A stretch of 40,720 nucleotides of DNA from a virus. Its lineage: Duplodnaviria > Caudoviricetes. The DNA is taken from IMG/VR virus record IMGVR_UViG_3300036793_000091, positions 1-40,720 of that record. The stretch is one strand, 5' to 3'. Positions 1 to 7,986 of this stretch are shown here, in pieces. The translations under genes and the position numbers were made by a program. A model generated the notes under the pieces. It was not told the DNA's origin, ran no database searches, and was given only the letters and a program-made list of their open reading frames with translations. Position 1 is the first letter of the stretch; each line of letters begins with the position of its first letter.

Positions 1-115
1 CACCCTGCATCGAATCACCGAACGCCGCAAGGATGCGTGTCTCGAATGCGTCGCACGACTCGAAGCCGAGCACAACGCGCGCAGACCAGAAGCGGAAAAG
101 CAGCAGGAGTTGTTC
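1..115 (+). repeat. Diverged copy (about 10 mismatches) of 40024-40138; variant allele of the Zn-finger gene 39959-40156
   Basis: TLHRITERRKDACLECVARLEAEHNARRPEAEKQQELF vs TLHRITDRRKDACLDCVARLEAEYNARKPEAEKQQELF. Confidence 0.9.
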
Positions 116-120
116 CGTGT

Positions 121-247
121 CGATTCTTTTTGAAACGATAATCTTCGGCGGGTCTCACGATCAGTACATGGATCGCTATCACACGCGAGACGAAGCCATC
201 GCTGGACACGCAAAGGCGGTGGCTATCGCGAAAGGTGAACTGGAGGA
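121..247. repeat. 127-bp exact terminal overlap with 40594-40720 (circular assembly)
   Basis: cgattctttttgaaacg...aactggagga is identical at both ends. 127 bp equals a common assembler k-mer. Implies a circle of ~40473 bp (121-40593). Confidence 0.95.
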
Positions 248-250
248 AGC

Positions 251-478
251 ATGATCGCTCAGGATGACGATCTTCAAGTGTTCGAGTGGCTGGTGAATGC
301 GGCGGCGGGCGGCGGCGGCTTCGTCTCGTCCTTCGCGATCGCGGCGCTCCGGGCAGATGACGAGAACTATCCCATCATCCGGCCTGCGCTGATTGTGTTG
401 CGGAAAAAGTATCCGGTTTACGAGCAAAGCGAATTCATGAAGCAAGAGATTCCGCGCAAACCGGAGCCAACCCTATGA
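251..478 (+). CDS. hypothetical phage protein
   Basis: GGAGG RBS; ATGA coupling to flanking ORFs; GGGFVSSFAIAALRAD core. Confidence 0.75.
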   Translation: MIAQDDDLQVFEWLVNAAAGGGGFVSSFAIAALRADDENYPIIRPALIVLRKKYPVYEQSEFMKQEIPRKPEPTL

Positions 479-792
479 CCGCCCGCGATCTCGTCTCCCA
501 ATTCCGCCCCCTGAGCCTGCCGTCGACGGAGGAGTTTTTTCTTTACCTGGCAAACCACGTCTACGAAGCCCGCCTTTCCGATGGCCAGCGATTGAACGAC
601 GCGACCGACTTCGCAATGTTCCTGCGCGAGCTCGCCGATGCGATCGAGAGCAACGGTCCGCGGCCGTTCCGTCCAGTGCCGGCGCATGCGACCTGCCCAC
701 GATGCGGACACGTGCACGAAGGCGTCTCCGAGTGTGGGATAGAGATCGGCGGCGGAAGAATTTGTCGCTGCGAATTGAGTGTGCCGGCGTGA
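475..792 (+). CDS. hypothetical protein with C-terminal Cys/His Zn-binding motif
   Basis: CPRCGHVH...C...CRC; ATGA overlap with upstream stop. Confidence 0.7.
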   Translation: MTARDLVSQFRPLSLPSTEEFFLYLANHVYEARLSDGQRLNDATDFAMFLRELADAIESNGPRPFRPVPAHATCPRCGHVHEGVSECGIEIGGGRICRCELSVPA

Positions 793-1034
793 ACCTTCTC
801 GCGATCGTTGGCCTCACGATCTTCCTCGTCGTCTGGGACGTGGCAATGTTGCTCGGCTTTCGCGCGTGGGGCTACAAGCGGGGCCACCGCGAAGGCAGCG
901 ATGACGGCTACAAGCGCGGCTACGAAAAAGGCCTGTCACAAGGGCGCATCGTCGCCGACAATTGGTGGATGAACGTCGAGCAGCAGGTCGACTATGAGCG
1001 GTTGAAGATTTGGAAAGAGGGGATCGAGTCATGA
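789..1034 (+). CDS. membrane-anchored protein with GxxxG (GYKRG) repeats
   Basis: GTG start overlapping upstream TGA; hydrophobic N-terminus; GYKRGHREGSDDGYKRGYEKG. Confidence 0.7.
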   Translation: MNLLAIVGLTIFLVVWDVAMLLGFRAWGYKRGHREGSDDGYKRGYEKGLSQGRIVADNWWMNVEQQVDYERLKIWKEGIES

Positions 1035-1279
1035 AGATCGACGAACAGGCTAGGAACGCGCTGCAAAAGCCAGATACTCACACGCTGCCGAAAGAGATGA
1101 CGCCCGAGCGGCGGGCTCGTTTCAGCCACGTTTGCAACCTAGTCGATGGGATTTTCCGCGCCAACCTCGACGGCCCCCTCGAAGGCTATATGGTTTTGAA
1201 ATTCATGATGGCCGCTTTCGAGGAAGCCTATGGGATTCGCGGCGCGATCGTGATCGGGGAAGGGGAAAAATCACAGTGA
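1031..1279 (+). CDS. hypothetical protein
   Basis: ATGA-coupled ORF in operon (MKIDEQ...). Confidence 0.65.
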   Translation: MKIDEQARNALQKPDTHTLPKEMTPERRARFSHVCNLVDGIFRANLDGPLEGYMVLKFMMAAFEEAYGIRGAIVIGEGEKSQ

Positions 1280-1593
1280 GCGAACAAGATGATCTTCCGC
1301 TGTGGCACCAATCGGGCGTGAACCGCGAAGGTGAGCCGTTCATTCAACTAATTCTCGGCGAGAAAGTTGTCGCGCAGCAATCCGTCGAGCAAGCGCGTGA
1401 GCACGCATTGGCGATACTAGCAGCGGCTGAAGCTGCGGAGCAGGATGCTTTTCTGGTCTATTGGGTAAAGACTCACATGGGAGCTGGCGAGCAAGCAGCG
1501 GCAGGGCTCTTACAAGAATTCCGGAATTGGCGGCGCGAACAAACCGGAAAACGTTCGGGGCAAGAAGTGATTCCGGATGGAGCCAAGTCGTGA
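1276..1593 (+). CDS. hypothetical protein
   Basis: GTGA-coupled; SGVNREGEPF...AREHALAILAAAEAAEQDAFL. Confidence 0.7.
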   Translation: MSEQDDLPLWHQSGVNREGEPFIQLILGEKVVAQQSVEQAREHALAILAAAEAAEQDAFLVYWVKTHMGAGEQAAAGLLQEFRNWRREQTGKRSGQEVIPDGAKS

Positions 1594-1787
1594 GCTACCG
1601 CGAAGAGAACGGCCAGGTGATGGTCACCATGGACATGCTCGATTGGCAAATCCTGCTAATTTTGCTCGGGCGAACACTTACGATTCTCGAACGCGATGAG
1701 CGACCCGCATTTTTCTCGCTCGTGAACCGCCTCAACCAGGGGAATCCCGATTACACCCCGTACCAGGTGGAGGCGAAGCGTGAATGA
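1590..1787 (+). CDS. hypothetical protein
   Basis: GTGA-coupled with GGAG RBS; ...LVNRLNQGNPDYTPY. Confidence 0.65.
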   Translation: MSYREENGQVMVTMDMLDWQILLILLGRTLTILERDERPAFFSLVNRLNQGNPDYTPYQVEAKRE

Positions 1788-2079
1788 AAAACGCGTAATT
1801 GTTTGCAGGTCTGTCAGCGACGGGGTTACTCAAGGCGCGGCGCTCGGCTATGAGTGTTCGATTTGTGGCGAGGCGTTGCAGCTGACATTCGGCGGACAGA
1901 CCGCGCTCAAGAGTTATCCCGACTCCGATTTGCTCTGCAATGCGTGCGGCCTGGTCTATTCGGAAATTGCCGACTCCGTTGGCGCTCTTGAGAGAATCGA
2001 ACTGAGCCCCGAAGCCAAAGATCAGTTGGAACGTCAGAACGCGTCCCCGCTCGCAAAGTTCGTGCGCAAGCGGGCTTAG
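1780..2079 (+). CDS. Zn-ribbon protein
   Basis: CSICG...LCNAC; GGAGG upstream; last gene before convergent operon. Confidence 0.65.
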   Translation: MNEKRVIVCRSVSDGVTQGAALGYECSICGEALQLTFGGQTALKSYPDSDLLCNACGLVYSEIADSVGALERIELSPEAKDQLERQNASPLAKFVRKRA

Positions 2080-2423
2080 CCTTTTTCCCGATTGCAGCTC
2101 CAATGCATCGCCGCATTGATCCAGGTCCCATCCGGCAGAGCGACTCTATCGTCGCGAAAAGCGGCTCCCATTTTTCTCCTGGGATTGTGGTCGAAGGTCG
2201 CACCGAATAGCGATAGCCGCCGTTTGCAGCCGCTACAGCGAAAGTTCTGGCGCTGCACCATGATCTCCAGCCTCCGGAGGTACTCTCGCCGTCCAGCGGG
2301 CGAGTCCTGGCACACTTCCCTTCCGTCGGTGTATCGCCTCACAGCCCCATCGAGGATCAGCTCGTAGTGCTGCGATACGGGAGGGCGGAGCTTGAAGCGC
2401 GGGATCGGCCTTCGTCTAATCAT
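2076..2423 (-). CDS. HNH endonuclease family protein
   Basis: CSGC...TFDH...AMHWSCNREKG HNH-type motif. Confidence 0.75.
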   Translation of the reverse strand: MIRRRPIPRFKLRPPVSQHYELILDGAVRRYTDGREVCQDSPAGRREYLRRLEIMVQRQNFRCSGCKRRLSLFGATFDHNPRRKMGAAFRDDRVALPDGTWINAAMHWSCNREKG

Positions 2424-2689
2424 CGGCCTTTGGCTTTGAGCATGACTCGCTGAGCTTGGCCGAGGGTGGCCGAGATCATGTCCGACAGAATGGCATTTTC
2501 ATCGTGCGCGAGAGAACGGCGAATCCCATCCTCGACTGCGCTGGTGAGTTCTTTGAGCGCTTCGAAGATCTCGACCGCGGCGTCGACCAGCGCAAATTCT
2601 TTGCACGGGCAGCCGACCCGCGAGCATTCGCTCCCGAAATGGACCTCTCGCGTGTGGCCGCAAAGACAAAGATCACCTTGATTCATCAA
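2420..2689 (-). CDS. small Cys/His Zn-binding protein
   Basis: CLCGHTREVH...CSRVGCPC; coupled to neighbours. Confidence 0.7.
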   Translation of the reverse strand: MMNQGDLCLCGHTREVHFGSECSRVGCPCKEFALVDAAVEIFEALKELTSAVEDGIRRSLAHDENAILSDMISATLGQAQRVMLKAKGR

Positions 2690-3672
2690 TTGAGCAGCCT
2701 CCGCTTCTTCTTCGCGGCCTCGATCTCGACGGGCGTGGGCGCCTTCAACAGTTTCGCCTGTTTCTCCTCATGCAACCGCAGCGATTCCAAAATCAACCAG
2801 ATCGATTTGTCGGTATCGTAATCGTCGAAGCATGAGTAGTCCTCAACTTTCGGCTTCGCGGTTAAAAAGATGCTCTGAGCGGCCGCGGGCTTCTGCCGTG
2901 TGGGGCGGATCGGTTGCGGGGCTGGTTTCTTCGGCGGCGCCGGCGCATCGGCAGGCGCTGGCTCCGGAGCTGCTGGCTTCGGCTGCGAATCTTGCAGCGG
3001 TTCACTGCAATTCTGACTAGCGGCCGCTGCAAAATGGATCCGCGCGAGGAGTGCATCTGCCTCCTCGAGGAACACCGTGACGGCCGTCTCGATCTCCGCG
3101 ATCATTGCTTCGTCGCGGTAAAGGCGGCGCACGAACAGCTGCAACTCGGCCGGAAGCCGCGGGTCGAACGAAACAAAATCGCACCAGGCGCGGCCCGTGC
3201 ATGCCATCTCGACGAGCATCTGCGGGACGTACTCTTCCGGCACGACACCGGCGAGGATGTACTCGAAGTGCGTGGACGTCTTCACGCATTTGAATTGCAC
3301 TAGGCCATCTGCGCCGACGAATCCATCCGGTGAGCAGCCCAGCCGCGGGTTTGTTGGATGGATCACAAAGCCGACGGTGTCGACGATCACGTCCTGCTGG
3401 CATTCGTAGGCGGCGCGGGCTCGCGGCTCCTGCTCTTTGCCCCACCGCATCTCCGGCGTGACGTAGCGCTCATCAGCGGGCAACCCGGTGAGAGTTTCCG
3501 AAACGATCTCGGCCCGGTAGTTCGCGCGCTTCGTCGCTTCGCCCTTCTGGATTTTCGCCCGGACGTCCGAGATCCTCGAGGCTGTGACCTTGCCGACGCG
3601 GAGCTGGACCCATTCGGGAGTTCCCTGCTCGCATTCGCTGATTGTGGGAAGGAGTTCGGGCGCGGCGCTCAT
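2686..3672 (-). CDS. YqaJ/lambda-exonuclease-family recombination exonuclease with Pro/Ala-rich C-terminal extension
   Basis: QGTPEW..LR.GKVTAS, MRWGKEQEPRARAAY, GCSPDG, QFKC, QM.C.GRAWCDFVSFDPR. Confidence 0.92.
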   Translation of the reverse strand: MSAAPELLPTISECEQGTPEWVQLRVGKVTASRISDVRAKIQKGEATKRANYRAEIVSETLTGLPADERYVTPEMRWGKEQEPRARAAYECQQDVIVDTVGFVIHPTNPRLGCSPDGFVGADGLVQFKCVKTSTHFEYILAGVVPEEYVPQMLVEMACTGRAWCDFVSFDPRLPAELQLFVRRLYRDEAMIAEIETAVTVFLEEADALLARIHFAAAASQNCSEPLQDSQPKPAAPEPAPADAPAPPKKPAPQPIRPTRQKPAAAQSIFLTAKPKVEDYSCFDDYDTDKSIWLILESLRLHEEKQAKLLKAPTPVEIEAAKKKRRLLN

Positions 3673-4475
3673 TGCGACACCTTCGCGAGTTCCTTCTTGC
3701 GCGCGTCTTTCACGGCGATGTAGCGGTCCATGGCGGCTTTGTCCTGGGCCTGGGCGGCCTCACCGTAGGCGTTGCGGAAGTACGAGTGCAAATCTTTCGG
3801 GGTGAGTGCCGAAATCATCAACGCGCAGTGTCGCTCTACGCGACCGTTCTCCGCTTCAAGCACTCGTCCGTCGCTGTCGGTGTTCTTCGCGGCCGCGCCA
3901 ACGGCGGAGAGGAATGTGTAGCGCTGCAGCATGGTGACGGTGCTCGAAACAGCCTGGACGGGATTTTTATTGCCAGAGTTATCGGGCGGAGCTTCGAGCG
4001 TCGCTTGCTCGCTGTGGCCGAGAACGTGCGTCAGGATGCAGGTGATCCGGACTAAACCAGGCGGTTGAGCTGGCACCCATTGGTGCGTAATCCCGTGCTT
4101 GCTGAGTGCCGGGATAAGAACGTCGCAGACATGATCGAGTGTGGCGTGCCAATAATCGGTCGAAGCAGTTCCTTCCTTTTTGGAGTCGAAGCGGACATGC
4201 TTGTTTTTGCTGATCCGCGGGATCTCGGCCTTAAAAAGTTCCATCGCCGCGAAGTAAGCCTTGCGCCGCTCGTTTTTCTCCCAACGTTCCTGCAGGTCCA
4301 TCAACTTCGTGAGTTGATCGACGTTCGCATTCTGCAGAATGGCCAGCTGCAGCAATTCGATCGGCGTCAAAGTTTTCCCCGCCGGGATCATCGCCGACGG
4401 CGTTTGGATGTCGAGTTCCAGGTCCACATTCGGATCGACACCGTTTGAGTTGTTAGGCTGTGGCGCGGTTGCCAT
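3669..4475 (-). CDS. erf: ERF-family single-strand annealing protein (recombinase)
   Basis: Y.HATLD...PALSKHGI, V.CILTH..GH.E, KNPVQAVSSTVTMLQRYT, DSDG; AAGGAG RBS at true ATG 4475; adjacent to exonuclease. Confidence 0.85.
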   Translation of the reverse strand: MATAPQPNNSNGVDPNVDLELDIQTPSAMIPAGKTLTPIELLQLAILQNANVDQLTKLMDLQERWEKNERRKAYFAAMELFKAEIPRISKNKHVRFDSKKEGTASTDYWHATLDHVCDVLIPALSKHGITHQWVPAQPPGLVRITCILTHVLGHSEQATLEAPPDNSGNKNPVQAVSSTVTMLQRYTFLSAVGAAAKNTDSDGRVLEAENGRVERHCALMISALTPKDLHSYFRNAYGEAAQAQDKAAMDRYIAVKDARKKELAKVSQ

Positions 4476-4701
4476 GAGTGGCTCCTTTCGGTTGGTGGCG
4501 CAAATGCTTGTTGGTGAATTCGGTGATGCGCTGATCGGCCGCTGCAAATTCCGAGTGGGCGCGTTTGAGAACGGTGAGCGCTTCCTCGAAGTCGGTTGCC
4601 TCCCAGAAGCGGATGACGGTTTCGACGGCCGAGACGACACGGTAAGCGGCGAGATCGCGGCGGTCGCAGAGTTCGGCGAATTCGAGGGCGAGATCAGCCA
4701 C
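4453..4701 (-). CDS. hypothetical protein
   Basis: ORF filling the leftward operon, overlapping neighbours. Confidence 0.55.
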   Translation of the reverse strand: MADLALEFAELCDRRDLAAYRVVSAVETVIRFWEATDFEEALTVLKRAHSEFAAADQRITEFTNKHLRHQPKGATHGNRATA

Positions 4702-4930
4702 GGAAGTGCCCCGCGCAAAACACCAGCCCAGAGCTGATTTCAGTGACGGTACCTAGTTCGTAACAGGGGTGCCCGCCGTCACACGCTCCCAGGCTCGACT
4801 CCGGAGATTCGTAGGAGCAAGCGGAGAGGTTTTCAGCGACCGCCAAGATGCGATCGACCCGCGCAATTTCGCGCTCGAAGAACTGTGGAAAAATGAAAGG
4901 CGGGGGAAGCGGTATAGTGCTTTGAGCCAT
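4694..4930 (-). CDS. hypothetical protein, first gene of leftward operon (C..C..C..CxxH)
   Basis: GAGG RBS before ATG at 4930; downstream of strong leftward promoter. Confidence 0.6.
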   Translation of the reverse strand: MAQSTIPLPPPFIFPQFFEREIARVDRILAVAENLSACSYESPESSLGACDGGHPCYELGTVTEISSGLVFCAGHFRG

Positions 4931-5009
4931 ATTGGCCGACCTCATTTCGGCTGATGTGGTTAGGGCTGATCGGGTGGTTGCACACTCGGTCAGTCCGCTG
5001 ACTTTGACA

Positions 5010-5039
5010 ATTCTATGCTCGCCCGCCGAGCATTGTCAA
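5010..5039 (-). promoter_or_regulatory. leftward sigma70-type promoter TTGACA-N18-TAGAAT with operator in spacer
   Basis: minus strand: TTGACA atgctcggcgggcgagca TAGAAT. Confidence 0.75.
5015..5033. promoter_or_regulatory. operator O1: ATGCTCG-CCCGC-CGAGCAT
   Basis: 7-bp inverted repeat with 5-bp spacer; near-copy at 5060-5076. Confidence 0.7.
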
Positions 5040-5058
5040 GCGCTCTTAGGGGAAGTCC

Positions 5059-5088
5059 TTGCACGTCCGCCGTGCACCGTGGTAACGT
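5059..5088 (+). promoter_or_regulatory. rightward promoter TTGCAC-N18-TAACGT overlapping operator O2 (TGCACG-TCCGC-CGTGCA, 5060-5076)
   Basis: Direct reading; the -10 lies 7 nt before GTG 5096 (leaderless geometry). Confidence 0.6.
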
Positions 5089-5095
5089 CGTCCTC

Positions 5096-5242
5096 GTGGC
5101 TAGCGATCCAGTTCGTGAATACCTCTCGAAATTAGGCAAGCGCGGCGCGGAGGCTGCGAATGAGAAGCGCACCCCAGCCCAGCGCAAAAAAGTAGCTCGA
5201 AATGCCGCCAAGGCCCGTTGGTCGAAAAAGAAGAAAACATGA
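5096..5242 (+). CDS. 48-aa highly basic protein (GKRG..A...RT..QR..AR.AA.ARW type), candidate nucleic-acid-binding regulator
   Basis: SDPVREYLSKLGKRGAEAANEKRTPAQRKKVARNAAKARWSKKKKT; start chosen from promoter geometry. Confidence 0.7.
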   Translation: MASDPVREYLSKLGKRGAEAANEKRTPAQRKKVARNAAKARWSKKKKT

Positions 5243-5520
5243 AGTGGTTTGCAAATGCCGTATTCTTTCTGCTGCTCGGCTTTGCGATCGGCTGGTACGG
5301 CGGGAAACGGGCTGCGAACCGAGCCCCGCGATTCGATCCGAGTCAACCCTACCAAAGCGGGGGTGTGGCAATCGAGAAGCAGGACGGTGCCGTGGCTGTC
5401 GATTGTTACGACGCAAAGGGGAATCTCGTCCCGGACTTCGCTAAACAATTCGGCGGCGTGACCGTCGCGTGTGGCCCGGGAGAAACTACGAAAATTCACC
5501 AAGACGCCCCGAAGCCCTAG
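5239..5520 (+). CDS. N-terminally anchored/exported protein, candidate superinfection exclusion
   Basis: MKWFANAVFFLLLGFAIGWYGG hydrophobic segment; two Cys in the distal domain; ATGA coupling. Confidence 0.65.
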   Translation: MKWFANAVFFLLLGFAIGWYGGKRAANRAPRFDPSQPYQSGGVAIEKQDGAVAVDCYDAKGNLVPDFAKQFGGVTVACGPGETTKIHQDAPKP

Positions 5521-5557
5521 AACCGCCCCGATGGGCGAAGAAGGAGAAGCCAGCGAA

Positions 5558-5842
5558 ATGATGGTGCGAAGGAAATTCTTAACAGCCCTGATTGGCGCAC
5601 TTGGAATAAGCGCAGTCGCACAGAAAACTAGTAAGAAGTTTTACATCACCGGCTTCACGGGGGACAGTGTACAAACCGCCAACGGCTGCATCCTTCCTCC
5701 GATCGTTAGCTATGGCACGGACCGCGTTGACGCCCTCTTCAATTGGGCGAACAACGGCGGCATGACGGTTTGGACTAAAGAAGAATACGAAGATCTCAAA
5801 CGGGGCCGGGATTCAGGCGATGGTTGTAAATACACGCGATGA
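5558..5842 (+). CDS. exported protein with twin-arginine-like signal
   Basis: MMVRRKFLTALIGALGISAVA|Q; AAGGAG upstream. Confidence 0.6.
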   Translation: MMVRRKFLTALIGALGISAVAQKTSKKFYITGFTGDSVQTANGCILPPIVSYGTDRVDALFNWANNGGMTVWTKEEYEDLKRGRDSGDGCKYTR

Positions 5843-6059
5843 GCCGGCTCGTGACCCTGCACGCTGAAGCTTCCCTAGCCTCATCCCCGCCCCGAACGTC
5901 ATAACACCGCCGTAATCTGCCCTTTTCTTTTTCCAACAGGCACAATGCGGACTGCGCACGCTCCAGGCCAGGCATCCCGCGCCATGCGGTGTTCTCCTTG
6001 AAGCTCCCCTGCCCTTGGTGTGTTTAGTTAAACCTAAAGTCGGTCCCAGAAATGAATTC

Positions 6060-6392
6060 ATGAGAGTCGGATTCTTAGCCCACGATCAGCCGATCGGCAC
6101 TCGTCCGCGAACCTTCCTCAGCGAGGAGGGCGCGAAGTTTTTAGAGAAGAAGATGGCCGTCGAGCGCATCTCGCGTAAGCTCGTCCGCGCTTTCCCGCCG
6201 AATTCGAAGTTCGCTATTCTTCCCGCCGCGCACCGATCCATTAAGCGTTGCAAACTAGGTTCCTCCGCCGAGATCCCGGGACTCCGTTTCCGCCTTGAGC
6301 GATCCCAAGCTGGCCGCTACGTCGCCGAAATGCATCACCTGGCGCTCAAAGCCTTTCAGCACGGAATGGCGCAGGAAGCAGCCGCGCTGTGA
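6060..6392 (+). CDS. hypothetical basic protein
   Basis: First ORF of a coupled chain leading to the resolvase. Confidence 0.55.
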   Translation: MRVGFLAHDQPIGTRPRTFLSEEGAKFLEKKMAVERISRKLVRAFPPNSKFAILPAAHRSIKRCKLGSSAEIPGLRFRLERSQAGRYVAEMHHLALKAFQHGMAQEAAAL

Positions 6393-6658
6393 GCGCCGAA
6401 GAACTGCGTCACGATCCCGACGTCAAGAAGGCCCTCGAATCCTACGACAACCCGCGGGGGATGCCGGAAAAATGGATCCTCGGCTACCTCGGCCGCAACC
6501 GGCTCCAGCTCGCGATCGATGTCATGCGGGCATTCGACGAAAACGCAAAACTCCGGCGGACGATCAACCGCTACAAAGTCATCAACATCGCCCTCACCTC
6601 GATCATCACCGCGCTCGCGATCGAAGGATTGAAACTCCTGATCGGAGTGCTACGCTAG
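6389..6658 (+). CDS. hypothetical protein with C-terminal TM helix
   Basis: GTGA-coupled; VINIALTSIITALAIEGLKLLIGV. Confidence 0.65.
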   Translation: MSAEELRHDPDVKKALESYDNPRGMPEKWILGYLGRNRLQLAIDVMRAFDENAKLRRTINRYKVINIALTSIITALAIEGLKLLIGVLR

Positions 6659-6663
6659 TCGCC

Positions 6664-6831
6664 ATGAAAATCAGCATCAACAGCGATCAAAGGCGCTACG
6701 AGAAATACCAGGCATTCTGCCAGTTGCTCGACGTCGAGGCCGCGCCCTTCGACAAGTGGCTGCGCGAAACCGCAAAGATTTCCGAGAACCACGATCCCGA
6801 TCGGTATTCCACAGTTTTGAGAAGCGCATGA
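6664..6831 (+). CDS. hypothetical protein
   Basis: MKISINSDQRRYEKYQAFC...; coupled to next ORF. Confidence 0.55.
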   Translation: MKISINSDQRRYEKYQAFCQLLDVEAAPFDKWLRETAKISENHDPDRYSTVLRSA

Positions 6832-7202
6832 GCACCGTCACTGTTCCCAATTTAAATTCCGAACGGCGCGCAGCCAGCTACGATCTCCACGAGGGAACGC
6901 GGCTGAGCGAGCACCTGTTCGCGACCTGCGAGAATTGCGGCCGCCCCGCGCTGATCCATCCGAAGTACGAGATCACCAAGGCGGCGCTTACTCCCGCCGG
7001 CAGCGAACAGAACGTCCTCTGCTGCTCCTGCCTCTACACGCTCAGCCGAATGGATGCTCAGCTCTGGGCCTGCCTCGTCTGCAACGCGGTCCGGCAGTGG
7101 GGCCTCGATTCCCCCTTCGATCCGACAGCAAGCCCGTCACTTCGCTGCGATCACTGCGATCGCGCCACGCTGCACACGTTCTGCCGCCGGCGACACCGAT
7201 GA
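6828..7202 (+). CDS. Cys-rich multi-Zn-ribbon protein
   Basis: CENC, CCSC, CLVC, CDHC..H; ATGA coupling on both sides. Confidence 0.65.
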   Translation: MSTVTVPNLNSERRAASYDLHEGTRLSEHLFATCENCGRPALIHPKYEITKAALTPAGSEQNVLCCSCLYTLSRMDAQLWACLVCNAVRQWGLDSPFDPTASPSLRCDHCDRATLHTFCRRRHR

Positions 7203-7750
7203 AAATCGCCCTCTACGCGCGTGTATCGAAACCTCCAAAAGGTGACCTGAGCGACCAGCAGCGCCGCGACCAGGACCCGGAGGTCCAGCTCCGCCAATTG
7301 CGCGAGTGGGCGGAAAAATGCGGACACACGATCGTCGAAGAATATGTCGATCGCATCTCCGGCAAAACCACCTCTCGCCCTGGCTTCGACCGCCTGATGG
7401 CAGACGCGACGAAGGGCCGGCAGAACATCGAGGCCGTGGTCGTGTGGCGCCTCGATCGCTTCGGCCGATCGATGCAGCACCTGCAAAATTCGGTCGCCCT
7501 GCTCCGCGATGCGAACGTCGCCTTCATCAGCTTAAAAGAGGGCTTCGATCTCACGAACGCGATGGGCAAGGCCTTCTTCGGCATGCTCTGCGTCTTTGCC
7601 GAGTTCGAGCGGGATCTGATCATCGAGCGCACCAAAGCAGGAATGGCCAACGCCCGCGCTAAAGGGCACCTGCCCGGCCGCAAGATCGATCCCGCCAAGG
7701 GTCCGAGCCGCACGACCCTGTGGCGCCGCGGCGCTCGCCTGGCGTCCTGA
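7199..7750 (+). CDS. small serine recombinase (resolvase/invertase family)
   Basis: ALYARVS catalytic Ser, Q..QL, SG...RPGF..LM, VWRLDRFGRS, AEFER.LI.ERT.AG..AR..G...GR; short C-terminal SRTTLWR helix; no large-integrase domains. Confidence 0.93.
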   Translation: MKIALYARVSKPPKGDLSDQQRRDQDPEVQLRQLREWAEKCGHTIVEEYVDRISGKTTSRPGFDRLMADATKGRQNIEAVVVWRLDRFGRSMQHLQNSVALLRDANVAFISLKEGFDLTNAMGKAFFGMLCVFAEFERDLIIERTKAGMANARAKGHLPGRKIDPAKGPSRTTLWRRGARLAS

Positions 7751-7802
7751 CTTTAGCTACAGCTAAACCTCTGATTTTGGGCGTATATACGCGTAGAGAA
7801 CC

Positions 7803-7855
7803 TGTTTCATATCGACCGTAGTGAAACATCAATGACTTACGAGGCATTTGAAACG
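7803..7855. promoter_or_regulatory. candidate res/recombination site
   Basis: TGTTTCA-N12-TGAAACA inverted repeat plus TGAAACG half-site in the AT-richer gap directly after the resolvase. Confidence 0.45.
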
Positions 7856-7986
7856 CGTTTTTGAGCGCGGATCCGCGAGTTTTCGCGCTTCTTACCCTGC
7901 AGTTGCTCACACCTTTCCATTTGTGAACCTGATCCGACCAATTCTTAGCCAGGACCGCGCGGAATCGCGCTTTTTGGGGGTATTTT

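Noticed and set aside
1-115. Diverged repeat pair (1-115 vs 40024-40138) as a diversity-generating retroelement TR/VR
   Set aside because: Mismatches are not adenine-specific, are mostly synonymous or conservative, and no reverse transcriptase is present
121-247. Biological direct terminal repeat
   Set aside because: Length of exactly 127 bp and mid-gene position point to assembler k-mer overlap
4476-4718. N-terminal extension of the ERF ORF
   Set aside because: Overlaps 4453-4701; a good RBS precedes ATG 4475
5843-6059. Possible ncRNA/tRNA in intergenic gaps (also 11304-11407, 33763-33960)
   Set aside because: No cloverleaf or recognisable RNA family motif; a covariance-model search would be needed
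6935-7198. N-terminal extension making the recombinase a larger integrase
   Set aside because: Shadow of the Cys-rich ORF; the catalytic domain starts at MKIALYARVS, and there are no recombinase/Zn-ribbon domains of large serine integrases
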